From: Anthoceros angustus
Taxonomy: Eukaryota > Plantae > Anthocerotophyta
Assembly (NCBI GenBank): GCA_010909165.1
Contig: VJWM01000025.1
Location: forward strand, 992,001 to 1,056,000
Reading direction: 5' to 3'
Length of the DNA: 64,000 nucleotides
Part shown: piece after piece, positions 58,730 through 64,000 of the stretch
How positions within the stretch are numbered: the stretch's first letter is position 1
Layout of the letters: each line of letters begins with the position of its first letter
Notes under the pieces: generated by a model
Seen by the model: the letters and a program-made list of their open reading frames with translations, nothing else
What the model was told of the DNA's origin: nothing
Databases searched by the model: none
Made by a program: the position numbers and the translations under genes

Positions 58730-60787
58730 GCAGCGGCTGATGATAGAAAGGTGCAAAAAGTCTGCCAATCTTCCCTTGAGTTCCGCGTTAGAGTAAATTG
58801 CCACGACTGAAAAGGGAAAAGCCTTCACAGCCGTGGGGCCTTATTTTGCTGCCAGTGCCAGCCTGGCCTTAAGTCTTTGCAGCCTTTCCTTCTTTATTTC
58901 CTTTGTGAAAAGTCCTTACAGCCTTTTCCCTTCGCACGCCTTCTCCTCCCGCAGCTTGCTCTTGCAGAGCGATGCTGTGCTGTGTTCCTATATCCCTCTG
59001 CTGAGAATTTCACAGGGAGTCTGCATGGTTACATTCATGTTAGCTATCTGCTTGGCCCCTTCATCTCCCAACGTGACTGGCAACACCAGCCTCCCTCCTT
59101 TGTGGTGTTTGTGTTGTCACCGACACAGTTGGGTGATGAAGCGGCTAAACAGCTATCTGAGATGACGAGCACCTCACCAGTCCGTGCCAGACTCCCCCCC
59201 AGCTCCTTGTGGTTCTGCGTCCTCTCGTCTGTGGTAAAGTTTGGTGTCTTTGTTCGGGATTCGTCAAAAGCCCGTCCCCATCCTGAGGTGTTGTCGCCTC
59301 GTCGGAGACCGTTTTTACCAAATTCCGGCAGGCACTTGTTGTAGTCACCCTGCCATCTCACTGCAGCTTCTTCTTGTGTGCAGGATTGGCTACCTGCGAA
59401 CGACGCAATCGTGCGATGCTCACGTTTCTCGGGTTCGGTCAGGGCAGGACGCACCTTCAAGAAAGTGCTGTCGCTTTAAGATTTACACTGTTCCTTGCTT
59501 CTGGTATGTAGTTTCTCTGCAGAACTCTCAGATGTATGCAGAGGAGATTGTTTGGTTCGTAAGCATGTGACAACAAGCTTGCATAGGGTCTTGGCCAAAT
59601 GTAACCTGCGTCACAAGCCCGAGCATCATGCAACTCGTGGCATCTTGTGGAGTCCTCTTCTAAAATCCAAAGCAAGGAACAGCAAAAGCTTCACAAAACA
59701 ACACAATCCTCACACGAATTTTCGTACCTACTGCCGAATCGGAAAACAATAATACCACGTATGGAAAACTTCTTTTAACAAGGAGTGCTGTGTCGGCCAA
59801 ATAGAGACCTGTAGAGTATTGTTGGCAAAAATAGGGACCTGAGTAGGCAAGGCAAATGAGACAGCTCTACCTTCCGGGAGACAATTTAAACAAGCACGGA
59901 TTCGTGTGGATCAGCCGCAATCCCAAAGGCAAGATTGGCGAAGGCACGCGAAAAGGCGGGAATTTGGAAAGCAGAGCAAGGAGAGCAGGACATGGCGCGG
60001 AGAGCTACCAGTGATGAGAGGAGTACTTACAATGATGGCGGAGGAAGGTGGAAATCGCAGCCTGGATTACCGAATGGAAGTACGCCATGCAAGATATCAT
60101 TCTTTGCTAGAGTTCAGTAAACCAACCTCTGTAAAAGCACCGTCCCTCGACCAACTCCCACCCGCTGTCCAAGCATTTGGTAGGAAAAGGTTGAATGTAA
60201 GCAAATCGCAAACATGGCAAGGGTCTTCAAGGGAAGGGAAGGGAAGTGCAGAGCGGGAGCAGATAGAGAAGAAGAGCAGGGTTATGTCTCGTCTAATATA
60301 TCTTGTCTTCTACAAGCCGGTACATACTGTATTCTGAGCCACTGGCGGCTGCAATAAAGCCTTACTGAGTTCCATGTTGCCATTTGGCTCTCTCTCAGCG
60401 GAAGGAAGCTCGCAGCCTCAGCCCCGTAGTCTTCTACGAACCTTCTATCCTCGTGTTGCTGCTTCCTCTCGCGGCTGCATTCTCGTCCTGCACCAGTTGC
60501 GTCGTCGGAGCATCTTCTGCCTGGTGCGCTCTGGTTGCCAATTGTTTTCTGCCGAGACAAGCACGTCGCTTCATTCGCATCCTCAGACGAGTCTTTCACC
60601 AAGCAAAAGGAAAGCAGAGCAAGCGGAGCCAAGCCAAGCAACGCAGAGCAGAGCAGACAAGAGAAGAAGAGCAGAGCGAAGAAGAAGAAGATGAAGAAGC
60701 TGGCAAGGGCGAAAGGCAAGGACAGGCAGGCCAGCAGCTCAGCCACTGGAAGCATCCAAGATCCCGATTCGCACGAGGATGACACCT

Positions 60788-63700
60788 CCACCTCCGCTCA
60801 GGTAACTGTCACACCATCCAATTCGAGCTCCCTGGAAGCGCTTTCACTTCGCGCCTTGCTTTGAGCTTTCCGTGCTGCATTTTTCCCAATCCTCCAAGCT
60901 TGTTCTAACAGCACCGCGCCTCCGGCTTGTGCAGACGAGAACATGCGCGCAGCATAACTCCAACTCGCATCTGGTGCATTACTCGGACAGAAGCGAGTTG
61001 CGGCGCATCTGCGTGGTGTGCAGCAAGCGGCAACACTTCTACTGTCCGTCCTGCAACAGCTTCATGTGCCTCGGCCCCTGCTTTGTCAAGCATCACTCCG
61101 GCTGAGCTCAGCTTTCAGACTGTCAGAGGCCATCCGATTCTGTCCTCTTCCTCCTCCTCCTCCTCCTCCTCCTCCTCCTCCTGGCACTGCCTGATCAGCG
61201 AGGCTAGGTACTGGTAGTAATCTTGCCCCGAGCATCGGTGCATAGCAATTTTGGTTCGCATTCAATTTCTATCCAATCTTCTGGAGAGGGACGAGCATCC
61301 AGGGTAGGATTCGAAATGTAACAAGTTACCATACCTTAGAGCCACCATTCCAGCCTCGTGCAGGCGCAGGCCTCCTGGCCTTCAATCCGTCGGTGCAGGA
61401 CAGCACAAATCATCCTGTTCAGCAACTGGTGCCAGTGCTGGAAATGGTGCGTCCTCATCCACAACCTTGTACATTCCTCCACACCTAATACTTCTACATC
61501 AAGCGTAGCAATTCAACACTTTCTTTGCTCCAGGTCATCAGATTTCCATTTCGTCATTGTGAACTTGTGCTCCTTTCTTTCACGATTCTGTTCTCTTGGC
61601 AATGCCTTCCTCTGCAGAAAGCTATACCAGCTTATCTCCAAGTCGCAAACTGGCATTGGTTACTTTTTTGCTCAGGATTCAAGGACAGTGTGGCTCACGA
61701 CACTCGCATTCACAGCTACTCGCTGTGTCCACACAAATCACGAGCTTCCCTTGTCATCATCAGACACATGTTGGCACTACCTCTTATCTACAATATACCC
61801 TCGTCTATACGAGTCTATCTATTCTAGCAGCTGTTGTAACACCATGCAAAATATGCAAAACCAAAAATGGAAAAGCATGCATTGGGTGCTATGAAGCTAG
61901 GTGTCCAATCGGGCAGCGGCCGGCATTGATGAAGAAGCGAATATTATCGGTGGCTAAATTTATAATAAGCAGGGTTGATGCTGAGCTTGTGGGATGGCAG
62001 CCTGTAAGTGGCCGCTGCCAAAAGATGAGCGAGGGCAAGGGCAATCATCACGTTGCTCCTTTCACGTTTGCTCTTAGCGAGCCTCGGCCTTGGTACGCGC
62101 CCTCATTAATTGTATTGTGGTCCCAGCCCCCTTAATTGTGCATGATTATCCTGCGGGCTTCCTTAAAGCCCTGCACATGTCTGCCAACAAACACCAACAC
62201 TTGGGTGTATGCAGATGGCATAGGACCCTTGCAATGTAATGTTCGCTGTTGTAACTTCCTTTTCCCAGAATCCAATTGGGGACTTGTTCTTGATTTGTTA
62301 ATCGTTCTTGCAGGTAAGCCGATGACTCATTCACTTGGCTCACACTAATGACAGAGAATTAAAATGAGTGAATCAAAGTGCCTTGAGTGGCGAGTGGTGG
62401 AGGGGGGTGATAACCGAGGACGAGGCTTTAATGAGCACGCAACGGCATTTAGTGCCTGCAGGCTAAATATAAAGGGGAAGCAATCAGCGGTCCCGCTAAT
62501 CCTGCTGATATTGTGCAGCCCGAGCCAGCCCGAATCGGGACGCGGCCCAGTTTGGGCCGCGTTTCCGCCCACCTCCGCTCAGGTAACTGTCACACCATCA
62601 ATTCGAGCTCCCTGGAAGCGCTTTCACTTCGCGCCTTGCTTTGAGCTTTCCGTGCTGCATTTTTCCCAATCCTCCAAGCTTGTTCTAACAGCACCGCGCC
62701 TCCGGCTTGTGCAGACGAGAACATGCGCGCAGCATAACTCAACTCGCATCTGGTGCATTACTCGGACAGAAGCGAGTTGCGGCGCATCTGCGTGGTGTGC
62801 AGCAAGCGGCAACACTTCTGTCCGTCCTGCAACAGCTTCATGTGCCTCGGCCCCTGCTTTGTCAAGCATCACTCCGGCTGAGCTCAGCTTTCAGACTGTC
62901 AGAGGCCATCCGATTCTGTCCTCTTCCTCCTCCTCCTCCTCCTCCTCCTCCTCCTGGCACTGCCTGATCAGCGAGGCTAGGTACTGGTAGTAATCTTGCC
63001 CCGAGCATCGGTGCATAGCAATTTTGGTTCGCATTCAATTTCTATCCAATCTTCTGGAGGACGAGCATCCAGGGTAGGATTCGAAATGTAACAAGTTACC
63101 ATACCTTAGAGCCACCATTCCAGCCTCGTGCAGGCGCAGGCCTCCTGGCCTTCAATCCGTCGGTGCAGGACAGCACAAATCATCCTGTTCAGCAACTGGT
63201 GCCAGTGCTGGAAATGGTGCGTCCTCATCCACAACCTTGTACATTCCTCCACACCTAATACTTCTACATCAAGCAATTCAACACTTTCTTTGCTCCAGGT
63301 CATCAGATTTCCATTTCGTCATTGTGAACTTGTGCTCCTTTCTTTCACGATTCTGTTCTCTTGGCAATGCCTTCCTCTGCAGAAAGCTATACCAGCTTAT
63401 CTCCAAGTCGCAAACTGGCATTGGTTACTTTTTTGCTCAGGATTCAAGGACAGTGTGGCTCACGACACTCGCATTCACAGCTACTCGCTGTGTCCACACA
63501 AATCACGAGCTTCCCTTGTCATCATCAGACACATGTTGGCACTACCTCTTATCTACAATATACCCTCGTCTATACGAGTCTATCTATTCTAGCAGCTGTT
63601 GTAACACCATGCAAAATATGCAAAACCAAAAATGGAAAAGCATGCATTGGGTGCTATGAAGCTAGGTGTCCAATCGGGCAGCAGCCGGCATTGATGAAGA

Positions 63701-64000
63701 AGCGAATATTATCGGTGGCTAAATTTATAATAAGCAGGGTTGATGAGCTTGTGGGATGGCAGCCTGTAAGTGGCCGCTGCCAAAAGATGAGCGAGGCAAG
63801 GGCAATCATCACGTTGCTCCTTTCACGTTGCTCTTAGCGAGCCTCGGCCTTGGTACGCGCCCTCATTGTGTATTGTGGTCCCAGCCCCCTTAATTGTGCA
63901 TGATTATCCTGCGGGCTTCCTTAAAGCCCTGCACATGTCTGCCAACAAACACCAACACTTGGGTGTATGCAGATGGCATAGGACCCTTGCAATGTAATGT
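60788..64000. repeat. Direct tandem duplication, unit ~1781 bp (copy A 60788-62568; copy B 62569 to beyond window end)
   Basis: Near-identical sequence from ccacctccgctcaggtaact onward in both copies; copy B differs mainly by small deletions. Confidence 0.95.
60935..61105 (+). mobile_element. piggyBac-type transposase C-terminal Cys-rich domain exon (TE-derived fragment)
   Basis: HLVHY..RRICVVCSKRQHFYCPSCNSFMCLGPCFVKHH matches RxxCxxC..CxxC..LC..CF..H; can splice in phase 0 to an upstream exon (donor 60802); no catalytic DDD core recognised. Confidence 0.55.

Noticed and set aside
61146-61180. (CCT)n and other microsatellites (e.g. 3040-3066 CAG, 42148-42205)
   Set aside because: Ordinary simple repeats.

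Overview
Gene-dense land-plant nuclear DNA with short GT-AG introns, TTTAGGG telomere-type repeats and PsaK. A DRH-ending DYW:KP PPR gene together with the compact gene architecture points to a hornwort (inference; a fern or a non-Selaginella lycophyte cannot be excluded). Host genes in order: 3' part of NPC1, GT37 fucosyltransferase, Elongin A-like, APD-like membrane protein lacking a recognisable RING, PsaK, COX10, ING PHD protein, J-domain protein, DUF579 O-methyltransferase, F-box protein, DDX59/RH41 helicase, a methyltransferase-like membrane protein, MINIYO/RPAP1 and a 1351-aa PLS-PPR with a DRH-type DYW:KP domain (candidate U-to-C editing factor). Accessory regions hold a stand-alone two-exon SAWADEE-like gene, a degenerate Copia element with a nested insert, an LRR pseudogene split by three tandem MITE-like units, interstitial telomere repeats joined to perfect palindromes, a speculative C5 DNA-methyltransferase relic, and a ~1.78-kb tandem duplication carrying a piggyBac-type Cys-rich domain. 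No rRNA, tRNA or CRISPR array was seen. All homologies come from remembered motifs read by eye; no database searches were run.
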